40,713 bases of DNA from an uncultured Candidatus Saccharibacteria bacterium (lineage in GTDB: Bacteria; Patescibacteriota; Minisyncoccia; Phycocordibacterales; EsbW-18), in the NCBI GenBank assembly GCA_964634615.1, contig CAZWLQ010000004.1:730-41442 (forward strand). The letters run 5' to 3'. The position numbers and the translations under genes are program-made. How positions within the stretch are numbered: the stretch's first letter is position 1; the number at the start of each line of letters is the position of its first letter. Below, in pieces: positions 24,833-34,595 of the stretch. The notes below the pieces were generated by a model. That model was not told the origin of the DNA. It searched no databases and worked only from the letters and a program-made list of their open reading frames with translations.

Positions 24833-26107
24833 ATGAGGTATCCAACGCCTAAACGAAGCATTCTAAAAAACGGCATTCGTCTCATCACGATTCCTATGCC
24901 GACCTCTCCAACAGTTACAGTGACCGTACTCGTTGAGGCGGGTTCGCGTTACGAGACAAAACAAGACAATGGGCTCTCTCACTTCCTTGAGCACATGTGC
25001 TTTAAGGGCACCACAAAGCGCCCGACATCTGCCATTATCACCCGCGAACTCGAGATGATTGGCGCCGAATATAACGCGTTCACCGGTGAAGAAATGACTG
25101 GCTATTGGGCAAAAGCTCGCACGAAGCACTTCGACGACATTCTTGATGTGGTATCAGACATTTACCTCGATCCACTGTTGCCGGAAGTCGAGCTTGAAAA
25201 AGAGCGTGGCGTGATTATCGAAGAAATCAATATGTACGAAGATCTTCCACAGCGGAAGGTTCACGATGTACTTGACGAACTGATGTACGGTGACCAGCCA
25301 GCAGGTCGCTCCGTCATTGGACCAAAAGAAAACATTAGGCGTTTTGCTCGCGCCGATTTCGTCCGCTATCGAGATCTCCACTACGTTGGAACAAAAACAG
25401 CCATCATAATCGCAGGCGGTTTTAGCAATACAGAGATGGTTGCGCACGCAAAGAAATATTTTAGTACTGCACGAAAAGGAAAAGGTGGTATGCGTCGGCG
25501 CACAAAAGAAAAGCAAGCTACACCTGCACTCCTGCACAAAGAGAAGGCAACCGACCAGACACATTTTGTGCTGGGTTTCAGAAGCTATCCGCTTCGCGAT
25601 AAGCGACAAATGACACTTCGCCTGCTTGCGGCGGTTCTTGGTAAAGGAATGAGCTCTCGTCTTTTTTTGAAGCTCCGTGAAGAGATGGGTGTGTGTTATT
25701 ACGTTCGCGCGAATCAAGAAAGCATGACCGACACCGGTGTGTTTAAAATTTCTGCAGGTCTCGACAGCACGCGTGTCGAAGAGGTCATCGAGGCAATTAT
25801 TGATGAGGCACAGAAACTTCGCGATGTTCCGGTATCACTCGACGAACTCACGAAAGTAAAAGAAATGATTATTGGTGCAATCGCAATGGGTCTTGAAACA
25901 TCAGATCAGGTCGCTGATTGGTATCACGATGAGATACTTCGCCAACCACTGAAAACTCCCGCGGAAATCGTCAAGGAAATTCAGGCGGTAACGCCAGCTC
26001 AGATTCAAAAAGTGGCACAAGATATCTTTGTGAACAAAAAATTGAATCTCGCGCTCGTAGGACCGAAGCGTAATCTTACACAACTTAAAAAAGTTGCACG
26101 CCTATGA
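24833..26107 (+). CDS. M16-family (pitrilysin/insulinase-like) zinc peptidase
   Basis: HxxEH zinc site in GLSHFLEHMCFKGTTKR. 424 aa, with no signal peptide. Confidence 0.9.
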   Translation: MRYPTPKRSILKNGIRLITIPMPTSPTVTVTVLVEAGSRYETKQDNGLSHFLEHMCFKGTTKRPTSAIITRELEMIGAEYNAFTGEEMTGYWAKARTKHFDDILDVVSDIYLDPLLPEVELEKERGVIIEEINMYEDLPQRKVHDVLDELMYGDQPAGRSVIGPKENIRRFARADFVRYRDLHYVGTKTAIIIAGGFSNTEMVAHAKKYFSTARKGKGGMRRRTKEKQATPALLHKEKATDQTHFVLGFRSYPLRDKRQMTLRLLAAVLGKGMSSRLFLKLREEMGVCYYVRANQESMTDTGVFKISAGLDSTRVEEVIEAIIDEAQKLRDVPVSLDELTKVKEMIIGAIAMGLETSDQVADWYHDEILRQPLKTPAEIVKEIQAVTPAQIQKVAQDIFVNKKLNLALVGPKRNLTQLKKVARL

Positions 26108-27897
26108 AGCGACTTAGTCACAAAAAAATAAAAACGTCGTGGGATTTAAAGGGAATGTTTTATAGCTCTCTCAACGATCCTCGACTGGTAAACGATATAA
26201 AGAACGCGAAGCTAGCGTATAAAGCATTTGAGAAGAGGTACAAAAGCAACAAGGCATACCTCCGTAACGAGAAAGCACTTCTTGGAGCTCTCAAGGATTG
26301 GAAAAAACTCCTTGCAGTGGTTGGGGGCCAGAAGCCCCTCCGTTACTGTAATTTTCGTATGCACCTTGATGGATCCGATAAAAAGGTAGCAGCGTTCGCA
26401 AACAAACTGTCACTTGAAATGGAAGAAGCAGCGAATAGCGTGCTCTTTTTTGAACTCGATCTCGGAATGTTGCCAAAAGCACTTCAAAAGGTAGTGCTCA
26501 CAAAGAAGTCGTTTGAGTCATATGGTTACTTCTTCTCTCGCATACTACTACGTTCGCGTTATAAACTAAGTGAAAAGGAGGAGCGGCTCATGAATCTGCT
26601 CGCGTTGCCAAGCGGTACCATGTGGGAACAGGGTGTGAGCCGTGTTGTATCGTCACTCACGGTTTTATACCGCAAAGAGAAAATCCCAATTGCAAAAGCG
26701 TTCAAGCTGATTTCTGATTTGTCTCTCAAAGAACGACACGCTCTCCACAAGCAGTGTATGGAGAAACTTTGGACCGTCAGCGAGTTCGCAGAAAGCGAAA
26801 TCAACGCGATTTATACCACAAAGAAAATATCGGATGATTTAAGAAAATATCCCAAACCCTACAGCGCAACAGCACTTAGCCATCAAACCAGTGAAAAAGA
26901 AATCGACGCACTGGTCAAAACAGTTCGCGCTGCATTTCCGACCGCGCATCGTTTCTATGCCTTAAAGAAAAAACTTCTTGGTCTCAAGAAACTTACCTAT
27001 GCGGATCGTGCTGCAAAGATTGGCACGCTGAAACAGAAAATGACGTTCCATGAAAGTATTGAAATCGTCCGGAGTGCTTTCTATGAACTTGGCGAACGAT
27101 ACGGCACGATTTTTGATACGTTCCTGACAGAAGGGCGCATCGATGTCTATCCAAAGACAGGCAAGCTCGGCGGAGCATACTGTTCTCATGGCATTGGTAC
27201 ACCTACGCTGGTTTTTTTGAATCACGTTGACACTGTCGGCTCACTGGTGACGCTGGCGCATGAAATGGGACATGCGGTTCACTCTGAACTCTCAAAATCT
27301 CAATCTGTGCTCTATCAAGATTACTCCATAGCGGTTGCAGAGGTGGCAAGCACGTTGTTTGAAAGCATTGTCTTTGAAAAAGTATTGCAAAAACTCTCAC
27401 CACAAGAACAAGTAATCGCACTCCATGACCGCATCAACGATTCAGTCGCAACGATCTTTCGTCAAATCGCATGCTTTAGCTATGAGCTTGCGATGCACAC
27501 AGCAATCAGAGAGCGTGGAGCGCTTTCAAAAGATGAGATGGCGACAATGCATAACACCTATATGCAGGAGTATCTTGGATCAAGTGTGAAAATGGAGAAG
27601 AGCGACGGAGCTTTTTTCATTGATTGGCCGCATATCCGCTACTCTTTCTACGTATATTCTTATGCATACGGGCAACTTATCAGCCATGGTCTGTACGCTC
27701 GATTCAAAAAAGATCGCGGCTATTTTAAAAAGATTGAAAAGTTTCTCTCTGCAGGAGGAAGCAAGTCGCCACGCGATATCTTTAAAGAAACTGGTATCGA
27801 TGTTGCAGACTCTGCGTTCTTCAAAGAAGGCTTACAAGACATTGAGAAGGAACTAGATCGGTTGGAGAAACTTACCAACAAGTTTAAATTCACATAA
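26104..27897 (+). CDS. pepF: M3B oligoendopeptidase F family
   Basis: HExxH in LAHEMGHAVHSEL. About 600 aa. ATGA overlap with the M16 gene. Confidence 0.88.
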   Translation: MKRLSHKKIKTSWDLKGMFYSSLNDPRLVNDIKNAKLAYKAFEKRYKSNKAYLRNEKALLGALKDWKKLLAVVGGQKPLRYCNFRMHLDGSDKKVAAFANKLSLEMEEAANSVLFFELDLGMLPKALQKVVLTKKSFESYGYFFSRILLRSRYKLSEKEERLMNLLALPSGTMWEQGVSRVVSSLTVLYRKEKIPIAKAFKLISDLSLKERHALHKQCMEKLWTVSEFAESEINAIYTTKKISDDLRKYPKPYSATALSHQTSEKEIDALVKTVRAAFPTAHRFYALKKKLLGLKKLTYADRAAKIGTLKQKMTFHESIEIVRSAFYELGERYGTIFDTFLTEGRIDVYPKTGKLGGAYCSHGIGTPTLVFLNHVDTVGSLVTLAHEMGHAVHSELSKSQSVLYQDYSIAVAEVASTLFESIVFEKVLQKLSPQEQVIALHDRINDSVATIFRQIACFSYELAMHTAIRERGALSKDEMATMHNTYMQEYLGSSVKMEKSDGAFFIDWPHIRYSFYVYSYAYGQLISHGLYARFKKDRGYFKKIEKFLSAGGSKSPRDIFKETGIDVADSAFFKEGLQDIEKELDRLEKLTNKFKFT

Positions 27898-29117
27898 TGA
27901 AAGCATCCTACCAGCCACCACAAAAAATACTTGAACGGTACGCTGATGTGCTGGTCAACTTTGCACTGAATGACGGCAAGGGAATCACAAAAGGTCAAAC
28001 GGTTTTGATTGTCATTTCTGAATCTGCCCGCCCGCTTCTTGTTGAGCTCCGAAAAGCAATCACTAAAGCTGGTGGCAATATCATCCTCAAATATATTCCA
28101 AGTGACGAGGCACGCTATTCGTTTTCGAGAGATTTCTACATGTATGCAAAGGGTAGCCAGCTCACCTATGCTCCACAAAAGTATTTTGCAGGCATGGTAA
28201 GCGATACAGATCACGTACTCACGGTCTTGAGTGAAGATCCAAAAGGACTTAAAGGATTGCCGGCAGAAAAGATCAGCACGCACACCCAAGCACTTGCACA
28301 ACTGCGAAACGAATATAGGAAAAAAGAGAACGTAGGAAAACTTACGTGGACATTAGCGCTCTACGCAACGCCCGAACAGGCAAAAGAAGCAGGGCTCTCC
28401 CTTAAGGCATATTGGGAGCAGATAATCCGAGCATGTTTTTTGGATACTCCAAACCCAATCGCACGATGGAAAGAGACGTTCAACAAGATCCATGCGTATC
28501 GAAAGGCCTTGAGCAAACTCCCGATTAAAAGTCTCCATGTTAAAGGCGCCGATGCGGATTTGATCGTGACGCTTGGAGACTCGCGCATGTGGCTCGGCGG
28601 AGGAGGACACAACATCCCTTCGTTCGAGATATTCACGAGCCCCGACTGGCGCGGTACCGAAGGCTGGATTCGTTTCAACCAACCGCTCTTTTATTTGGGC
28701 AACAAAATCACCGGTATCGAACTGTGGTTTGAAAAAGGTCGTGTTGTTAAAAGCCGTGCAAAAACCAATCAAGCACTGCTTCACAACATGATTGCATCAA
28801 AAGATGCCGACAAGGTTGGTGAGTTTTCTCTCACCGACAAACGATTTTCGCGTATCGAAAAGTTCATGGCACATACGCTTTTTGATGAAAATGTGGGAGG
28901 TGCACATGGCAACACACACATCGCACTTGGTATGGCGTACAAAGAGGCCTACACCGGTGATATCAAAAAGGTGACTCCAAAGAAATGGAAAGAGCTTGGC
29001 TTCAATGACTCAACGGTGCACACAGATATCATCTCAACAGCGCCACGCACCGTGACAGCAACCCTGAAGAACGATACCAAAAAAGTGATTTATAAAAACG
29101 GCATGTTTACGCTATAG
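27897..29117 (+). CDS. M29-family aminopeptidase (AmpS/PepS/aminopeptidase T-like)
   Basis: N-terminal LERYADVLVNFALN..GQTVLI, C-terminal FDENVGGAHGNTHIALG and TVHTDI. TAATG overlap with pepF. Confidence 0.85.
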   Translation: MKASYQPPQKILERYADVLVNFALNDGKGITKGQTVLIVISESARPLLVELRKAITKAGGNIILKYIPSDEARYSFSRDFYMYAKGSQLTYAPQKYFAGMVSDTDHVLTVLSEDPKGLKGLPAEKISTHTQALAQLRNEYRKKENVGKLTWTLALYATPEQAKEAGLSLKAYWEQIIRACFLDTPNPIARWKETFNKIHAYRKALSKLPIKSLHVKGADADLIVTLGDSRMWLGGGGHNIPSFEIFTSPDWRGTEGWIRFNQPLFYLGNKITGIELWFEKGRVVKSRAKTNQALLHNMIASKDADKVGEFSLTDKRFSRIEKFMAHTLFDENVGGAHGNTHIALGMAYKEAYTGDIKKVTPKKWKELGFNDSTVHTDIISTAPRTVTATLKNDTKKVIYKNGMFTL

Positions 29118-29129
29118 TCGAGGGTATCT

Positions 29130-30998
29130 ATGCATTCATCAGAGATTCGAAAGAAATACCTCGATTTTTTCGCCGCTCGTGGGCACGCGATTGTGCCGTC
29201 AGCTCCGCTTGTGCCACAGAATGACCCGACAACGCTCTTCACGGGCTCGGGTATGCAGCCAATGATTCCGTATCTTTTGGGTGAAAAACACCCGCTTGGC
29301 ACGCGCGTCGCTGATTCACAGAAGTCGTTCCGTGCTGAAGACATTGAAGAAATAGGCGATAACCGTCACACAACATTCTTCGAGATGCTTGGTAACTGGA
29401 GTTTCGGCGATTATTTCAACAACGAACAAATCCGATGGATGTCAGAATTCCTCTTTGATGAGATTGGTATCGACCCAAACAAACTCTACGTAACGGTCTT
29501 TAGTGGGGACGAGAAGAACAACCTCCCAAAAGACACTGACTCTGCAGAATTATGGAAGAAGATTTTTGCTGAAAAGGGTATTGATGCCTCCATTGTTGAG
29601 ATTGGAAGTGAGGCCAATGGTGGGGAAGTTGGTATGCAGGGCGGCCGCATATTCTATTACGAAGCTAAGAAAAACTGGTGGAGCCGTGCTGGTGTGCCAG
29701 ATAAAATGCCCGTCGGTGAACCAGGAGGTCCCGATTCCGAGATGTTTTATGAATTTTCTGATATCGAGCACGATCCGAAATTCGGAAAGCAGTGCCACCC
29801 AAACTGCGACTGCGGACGATATCTCGAAATCGGCAATAACGTCTTCATGACATACAAGAAGGTCGGCGAAGGAAAGTTTGAGCTTCTTCCAAATAAGAAT
29901 GTTGATTTTGGAGGAGGACTGGAGCGCATGACTGCAGCATCGAATAACGACGCGGATGTTTTCACGATTGATGTTTTTGCTTCCATCATCGGAACACTCG
30001 AGGAGCTTTCCGGTAAACGTTATTCGGATAAAACCCACACCGCATCATTTCGCATCATCGCAGATCATATTCGCGCGTCAGTGTTTCTCATTGGTGATGG
30101 AGTAATCCCCTCAAACACCGAGCAGGGATACTTTGTTCGCCGACTCCTACGCCGTGCAATCCGCTATTGGGACAAGCTTGGCATCGCGGGCGAAGGTTTG
30201 GCACAGCTCGTGAATCCTATTGCTGATTGCTACCAAGACTCATACCCAGAACTTGCTTCAAAGAAAGTTGAGATCACTGAAGAAATCAAAAAAGAAGAGG
30301 AGCGGTTCCGTCAGACGCTTGAACGCGGACTCAAGGAGTTTGAAAAGATTCCTATCGGCGCAATTTCTGCAGCTCAATCCTCGATGCTCTACCAATCATA
30401 TGGTTTCCCTTTCGAACTCATCGAAGAATTGGCAAAAGAAAAGGGCAGTACCGTAAGCCGTATCGAATTTGATGAGGAAATGAAGAAGCACCAGGAGCTC
30501 TCACGTGCGGGTTCGGAGCAAAAGTTCAAAGGCGGGCTTGGTGACACCAGTGAGATGTCGCTTCGATACCACACCGCAACACATCTTTTGAACGCAGCGC
30601 TTAAGCGCGTGCTTGGTGCGCATGTAAAGCAGCGGGGAAGCAACATCACACCGGAGCGTCTTCGATTCGACTTTTCTCACCCGGCCAAAGTAACCGACGA
30701 AGAAAAAGAAAAGATTACGATGCTCATGAACGAATGGATATCAAAAGGATTGGTGGTCACCCGTCGCGAGATGCCTCGTAATGAAGCGGAGAAACTTGGT
30801 GCAGAAATGGAGTTCGGTGCAAAATATCCTGATATCGTTTCTGTCTACACCATCGAAGATACCGACGGCTCACCGATTAGTATGGAATTCTGTGGCGGTC
30901 CGCATGTCGAGAACACAAAAGTTCTCGGTACGTTCAAGATTGCAAAGGAGGAAGCATCGTCCGCGGGTGTCCGGAGAATAAAAGCGGTTTTGTCTTAA
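29130..30998 (+). CDS. alaS: alanine--tRNA ligase, short form ending after the editing domain
   Basis: RHTTFFEMLGNWSFGDYF, LEIGNNVFMTY and VDFGGGLERM in the catalytic core. HTATHLL and CGGPHV form the editing-site HxxxH/CxxxH pair. It ends at ...SSAGVRRIKAVLS. Confidence 0.93.
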   Translation: MHSSEIRKKYLDFFAARGHAIVPSAPLVPQNDPTTLFTGSGMQPMIPYLLGEKHPLGTRVADSQKSFRAEDIEEIGDNRHTTFFEMLGNWSFGDYFNNEQIRWMSEFLFDEIGIDPNKLYVTVFSGDEKNNLPKDTDSAELWKKIFAEKGIDASIVEIGSEANGGEVGMQGGRIFYYEAKKNWWSRAGVPDKMPVGEPGGPDSEMFYEFSDIEHDPKFGKQCHPNCDCGRYLEIGNNVFMTYKKVGEGKFELLPNKNVDFGGGLERMTAASNNDADVFTIDVFASIIGTLEELSGKRYSDKTHTASFRIIADHIRASVFLIGDGVIPSNTEQGYFVRRLLRRAIRYWDKLGIAGEGLAQLVNPIADCYQDSYPELASKKVEITEEIKKEEERFRQTLERGLKEFEKIPIGAISAAQSSMLYQSYGFPFELIEELAKEKGSTVSRIEFDEEMKKHQELSRAGSEQKFKGGLGDTSEMSLRYHTATHLLNAALKRVLGAHVKQRGSNITPERLRFDFSHPAKVTDEEKEKITMLMNEWISKGLVVTRREMPRNEAEKLGAEMEFGAKYPDIVSVYTIEDTDGSPISMEFCGGPHVENTKVLGTFKIAKEEASSAGVRRIKAVLS

Positions 30999-31084
30999 TC
31001 TTCGGCGCACCTGTCTGCCGTAGGTAGATCAAAGCAACACTTCCCCAGATTTTCTTGTGATACACTAAAACGCATATCATCCCT

Positions 31085-32203
31085 ATGCGTTTTTTTGAGC
31101 GCAGACAGCAATCAAAGAGCACCTTGTCAGTGATCCTTTCAAGCGATCATGTAGAACTTTCTATATTGCTCATATCGCCCGAACAGAAACCGAAGATTGT
31201 TTTTGCATCGAGTAAAAAGATTGAAAAAACCACCGCAGGAAAACCACTTTTGTCTCGATTGAATGAATCATTGACCGCGCTTTGCGACGAGACGCTTACG
31301 GAAGGCCTGACGCACATCGTTTCCCGTCGCGTAGCACATGGTCACTTTGATGCGATTCGGGTCTTTTATGGCTCACCGTGGTATGTCTCTCGAGGCCGCC
31401 AAATTTCTATTACCCGTTCAGCAAAAACTCCGCTTACTGAAAGCTCTCTTAAGGAAAGTATTGGCCAAGCTACCGTAGGACTGCTGCCACCAGAGATGAA
31501 GGACGCGGTTATTCTTGAAGAACACGCGCATGGGTTTACCGTGAATGGTTATCCCATTGAAAATCCAATAGGTGTGGCGGGTGAAGAAATCGGTATGCGC
31601 GTATTTGTCTCTGCGATTGATGCGGCAACAAAGAATGTTGTTGAGACCGCGCTTCATCGTGCATTTCATTCCCGTTCTCTCACGCATCACTCAACCGTGC
31701 TTCCAATCGCGGAGGTTCTCCATAAAACAGCAGCGATTAAAGACGCTTATTTTTTGGTTGATGTGTCAGCGCTTACTACAGAAGTATCGCGAATCGACCG
31801 TGGCATGGTCTTGGACACGATTTCGTTCCCTGAAGGTTTTGAAACACTCTCTCAAAAAGCCGCAAAAAGCATGAAGCGGCCCCACAGTGACATGCAAACG
31901 ATACAAAAGCGGCCAAACGATTTCGGATTGACCAAAGAATTTACAATAGCCCATGATGATGCGTTGGGAAATTGGTCAAGCGCGTACGCTGATGCCTTCG
32001 AAACACTGCAAGGCAATGGAATGCCTATCACGAATACAATTCTGATTGCTGATGCGCCAACTGCCGATGCTTTCAAGAGAGATATCGGCCGAATCAGTGG
32101 GACAAAAGTTCAAATTCTTTCATCAAAAAATTACGAGTCCCTCTATGATGCTGCGGCTCGAAGTGATGCGACAGCCGTCGGTGGCCTTCTTGCCCTTTCT
32201 TAA
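31085..32203 (+). CDS. hypothetical protein with a degenerate FtsA/PilM-like actin-fold pattern
   Basis: 372 aa. NGYPIENPIGVAGEEIGMRVFVSAID...YFLVDVSALTTEVSRIDRGMVLDTISFPEG parallels the FtsA/PilM block (..P.GM.G..LE..VH.. / VDIGGGTTD..V...G......P.GG). The phosphate-binding glycines are replaced. Confidence 0.7.
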   Translation: MRFFERRQQSKSTLSVILSSDHVELSILLISPEQKPKIVFASSKKIEKTTAGKPLLSRLNESLTALCDETLTEGLTHIVSRRVAHGHFDAIRVFYGSPWYVSRGRQISITRSAKTPLTESSLKESIGQATVGLLPPEMKDAVILEEHAHGFTVNGYPIENPIGVAGEEIGMRVFVSAIDAATKNVVETALHRAFHSRSLTHHSTVLPIAEVLHKTAAIKDAYFLVDVSALTTEVSRIDRGMVLDTISFPEGFETLSQKAAKSMKRPHSDMQTIQKRPNDFGLTKEFTIAHDDALGNWSSAYADAFETLQGNGMPITNTILIADAPTADAFKRDIGRISGTKVQILSSKNYESLYDAAARSDATAVGGLLALS

Positions 32204-32333
32204 ATACTCTAAAATTCCTGTAAAGAGGGGAAATCCTGCCCTGGACGTCCTCTTTTGTGCTACCATACAGGCACCTACCTTAAGCGGGAGGTTCATTACA
32301 GCAGGTATTGTCAACTTTTAGAATTATTTCACT

Positions 32334-33638
32334 ATGCAAGATCTCGTATCTCAGTCAGAGCGACGTTCGGTGAGAAACATTTCAATCGACCGTCCCCAAA
32401 CCAGTGGCGACAACCCATCAGAAAGCGTTTTTTCAAAAGACTCTGGACCATCATTCCCTCAGCGTCCCTCGTTCATGAAATCACGCGGACGCGGTAGCAA
32501 ACTTCCGTGGATTATCGGCGGCATTGTGATTGCCGTGGTCCTTATCTTTGTTATCGGCTCGATTTTTGCCGGCGCAACCGTAACGCTCACCCCTCGTTCA
32601 GCGCTCGTCAACTTGGACACTACCTTCACCGCATACCAAACACCGGCAGCGGGTTCTGTTGGCTTTGAAATCGTTTCTGTTGAAAAAGAGGCGACACGAA
32701 GCGTCACGGCAACGGGCGAAGAGCGCATCGAGCGCCCTGCGTCAGGAACAATCGTCATCTATAACAACTATGACGAAGACACCCAGAAATTGATCAAGAA
32801 CACCCGCTTTCAAACTACTGACGGTAAGATCTATCGTATCCAGGAGTCAATCACTGTTCCTGGTAAGCACAAGGACGCAACAGGTGCGATGGTTCCTGGC
32901 AGCATCGAGGCAACCGTATTCGCCGACAGCGCAGGCGAGTCCTACAACATCGGTCTCTCCGACTTCACGATTCCTGGCTTCAAGGAAAGCAATGACCCTC
33001 GCTACGATGGCTTCTACGCCCGTTCAAAGACCGAAATGACCGGCGGATTCTCTGGTACGGTGAAGACGGCATCTGCAGAAGACACCGAAAAGGCGGAAAA
33101 CGAGATGGAGGCAGAACTTTCAAGCGCACTGCTTGAAGAAGCGAAAACATCGCTCCCTGTGGAGTTTGTCTTGATGCCGGAGAGTGCAGAATATTCATTC
33201 ACCAATCTTCCAAACGCAACGGGAGATGACGGCATGGTTGTATTGAAGAGCAAGGGCACAATTCGTCTCTTGGCAATCAATAAAGATGCAATCGCACAAG
33301 TCGCAGCACTCGAGCGTGTATCAGGATACGCAGGAGAACCTGTTACCTTTGCAAACACCGAGGAATTGACATTTGAAATCGTAACCGATCCATTTGACCT
33401 CGCATCTGCAAGCTCAACAGACATTCGTGTAACTGGCCCAACAACCTTGGTTTGGACATTTGACACTGAAGCAATCGCAGCGGAGCTCGCGGGCAAGGCA
33501 CGAAGCGCGACAAAAGCAATCTTCAGCAAATACCCAGGCATCGAGAAGGCCGACGTGGTTATCCGTCCATTCTGGAAACGCTCGCTTCCAACCGAGAGTG
33601 CCGACATTACTGTGGCTGTAGAACAAGTAAAGGAGTAA
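32334..33638 (+). CDS. bitopic membrane protein with a large extracytoplasmic beta-rich domain, family unknown
   Basis: 434 aa. A disordered N-terminus is followed by one transmembrane helix (LPWIIGGIVIAVVLIFVIGSIFAG) and then about 350 aa of extracytoplasmic sequence. The AAGGAG for infA lies in its last codons. Confidence 0.75.
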   Translation: MQDLVSQSERRSVRNISIDRPQTSGDNPSESVFSKDSGPSFPQRPSFMKSRGRGSKLPWIIGGIVIAVVLIFVIGSIFAGATVTLTPRSALVNLDTTFTAYQTPAAGSVGFEIVSVEKEATRSVTATGEERIERPASGTIVIYNNYDEDTQKLIKNTRFQTTDGKIYRIQESITVPGKHKDATGAMVPGSIEATVFADSAGESYNIGLSDFTIPGFKESNDPRYDGFYARSKTEMTGGFSGTVKTASAEDTEKAENEMEAELSSALLEEAKTSLPVEFVLMPESAEYSFTNLPNATGDDGMVVLKSKGTIRLLAINKDAIAQVAALERVSGYAGEPVTFANTEELTFEIVTDPFDLASASSTDIRVTGPTTLVWTFDTEAIAAELAGKARSATKAIFSKYPGIEKADVVIRPFWKRSLPTESADITVAVEQVKE

Positions 33639-33640
33639 GC

Positions 33641-33877
33641 ATGACAGCAACCCCTAAAGGAGAAGTTGTAAAAGCAAGCGTGGTTGAGGCACTCGCAAAC
33701 GCCCATTTCCGCCTTGTATTGGATGTTCCTCTGGCAGAAGGAGAGACGAGAGAGCCCGTTATCGGCTATTTGGCAGGCAAAATGCGCCTGCACCGCATCC
33801 GTGTAATCGTCGGAGACACCGTTGAGGTACTTCTTGACCCGTACGGTGGCAAACCTCGCATCACCCGCCGACTCTAG
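33641..33877 (+). CDS. infA: translation initiation factor IF-1
   Basis: S1-like OB pattern GYLAGKMRLHRIRVIVGDTVEVLLDPY. 78 aa. Confidence 0.93.
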   Translation: MTATPKGEVVKASVVEALANAHFRLVLDVPLAEGETREPVIGYLAGKMRLHRIRVIVGDTVEVLLDPYGGKPRITRRL

Positions 33878-33890
33878 GCCTTCCTTAAAG

Positions 33891-33923
33891 AACGCTTGGG
33901 GACAGGGGTCTTGTGCGTTTTTT
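33891..33923 (+). terminator. weak terminator/attenuator after infA
   Basis: AACGC/GCGTT outer helix with an inner GGGAC-aggg-GTCTT helix (two G.U pairs), running into TTTTTT. Confidence 0.4.
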
Positions 33924-34018
33924 GGCTGCGTGTTACTATGGCAGCTCCACAAAGGGTAAACCCTCACAGGGTCGGTTATTTCTTTGCGCAGGTAGAGAAA
34001 CACCAAAAAACATACATT

Positions 34019-34132
34019 ATGAAAGTCAAATCCGCGGTCGAAAAACGATGCAACAAATGTAAGATGGTCCGCCGTGCGGGTCGCCTTCGCATCGTCTGTT
34101 CAAACCCTCGTCACAAGCAGCGTCAAGGCTAA
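34019..34132 (+). CDS. rpmJ: 50S ribosomal protein L36
   Basis: Internal ATG of ORF 33896..34132. [37 protein letters not shown] (37 aa, zinc-ribbon type). Confidence 0.92.
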   Translation: MKVKSAVEKRCNKCKMVRRAGRLRIVCSNPRHKQRQG

Positions 34133-34208
34133 AGACAAGAAACGAGGGTATAGGGTGTAGCCATGAGAGGCAAAGGAACACCCCAAACCCCGCAACACTA
34201 AAATTTCT

Positions 34209-34589
34209 ATGCGTATCGCAGGTATCACACTTCCAGACAATAAGCGCATGCCGTTTGCTCTCACATCGGTATACGGCATCGGTCGTGCTCGTGCACTCAA
34301 GGTTCTTGAGACTGCAAAAGTTGACGCAGCTAAGAAGCCAACCGACCTTTCAGAAGCAGAAGAAGGAGCAATCCGAAAGGCGCTCGAAGGGTACATTCTC
34401 GAAGGAGACTTGAAGCGTGAAGTATCAGGAAACATCAAGCGATTGAAAGACATCACAGCGAACCGTGGCATGCGTCACAGCAAGCGCCTCCCGGTCCGTG
34501 GCCAGCGCACCAAGACCAACTCTCGTACTGTTCGTGGCAACGTTCGCAAGACGATGGGTTCTGGTAAGCGTAAGGTTGAACTCAAATAA
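34209..34589 (+). CDS. rpsM: 30S ribosomal protein S13
   Basis: MRIAGITLPDNKRMPFALTSVYGIGRARA... Confidence 0.96.
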   Translation: MRIAGITLPDNKRMPFALTSVYGIGRARALKVLETAKVDAAKKPTDLSEAEEGAIRKALEGYILEGDLKREVSGNIKRLKDITANRGMRHSKRLPVRGQRTKTNSRTVRGNVRKTMGSGKRKVELK

Positions 34590-34595
34590 TACTTT

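Noticed and set aside
33014-34006. 330-aa ORF on the - strand
   Set aside because: It lies antisense to the 3' end of the membrane-protein gene and the whole of infA. infA is unmistakable on the + strand, so this is a shadow ORF.
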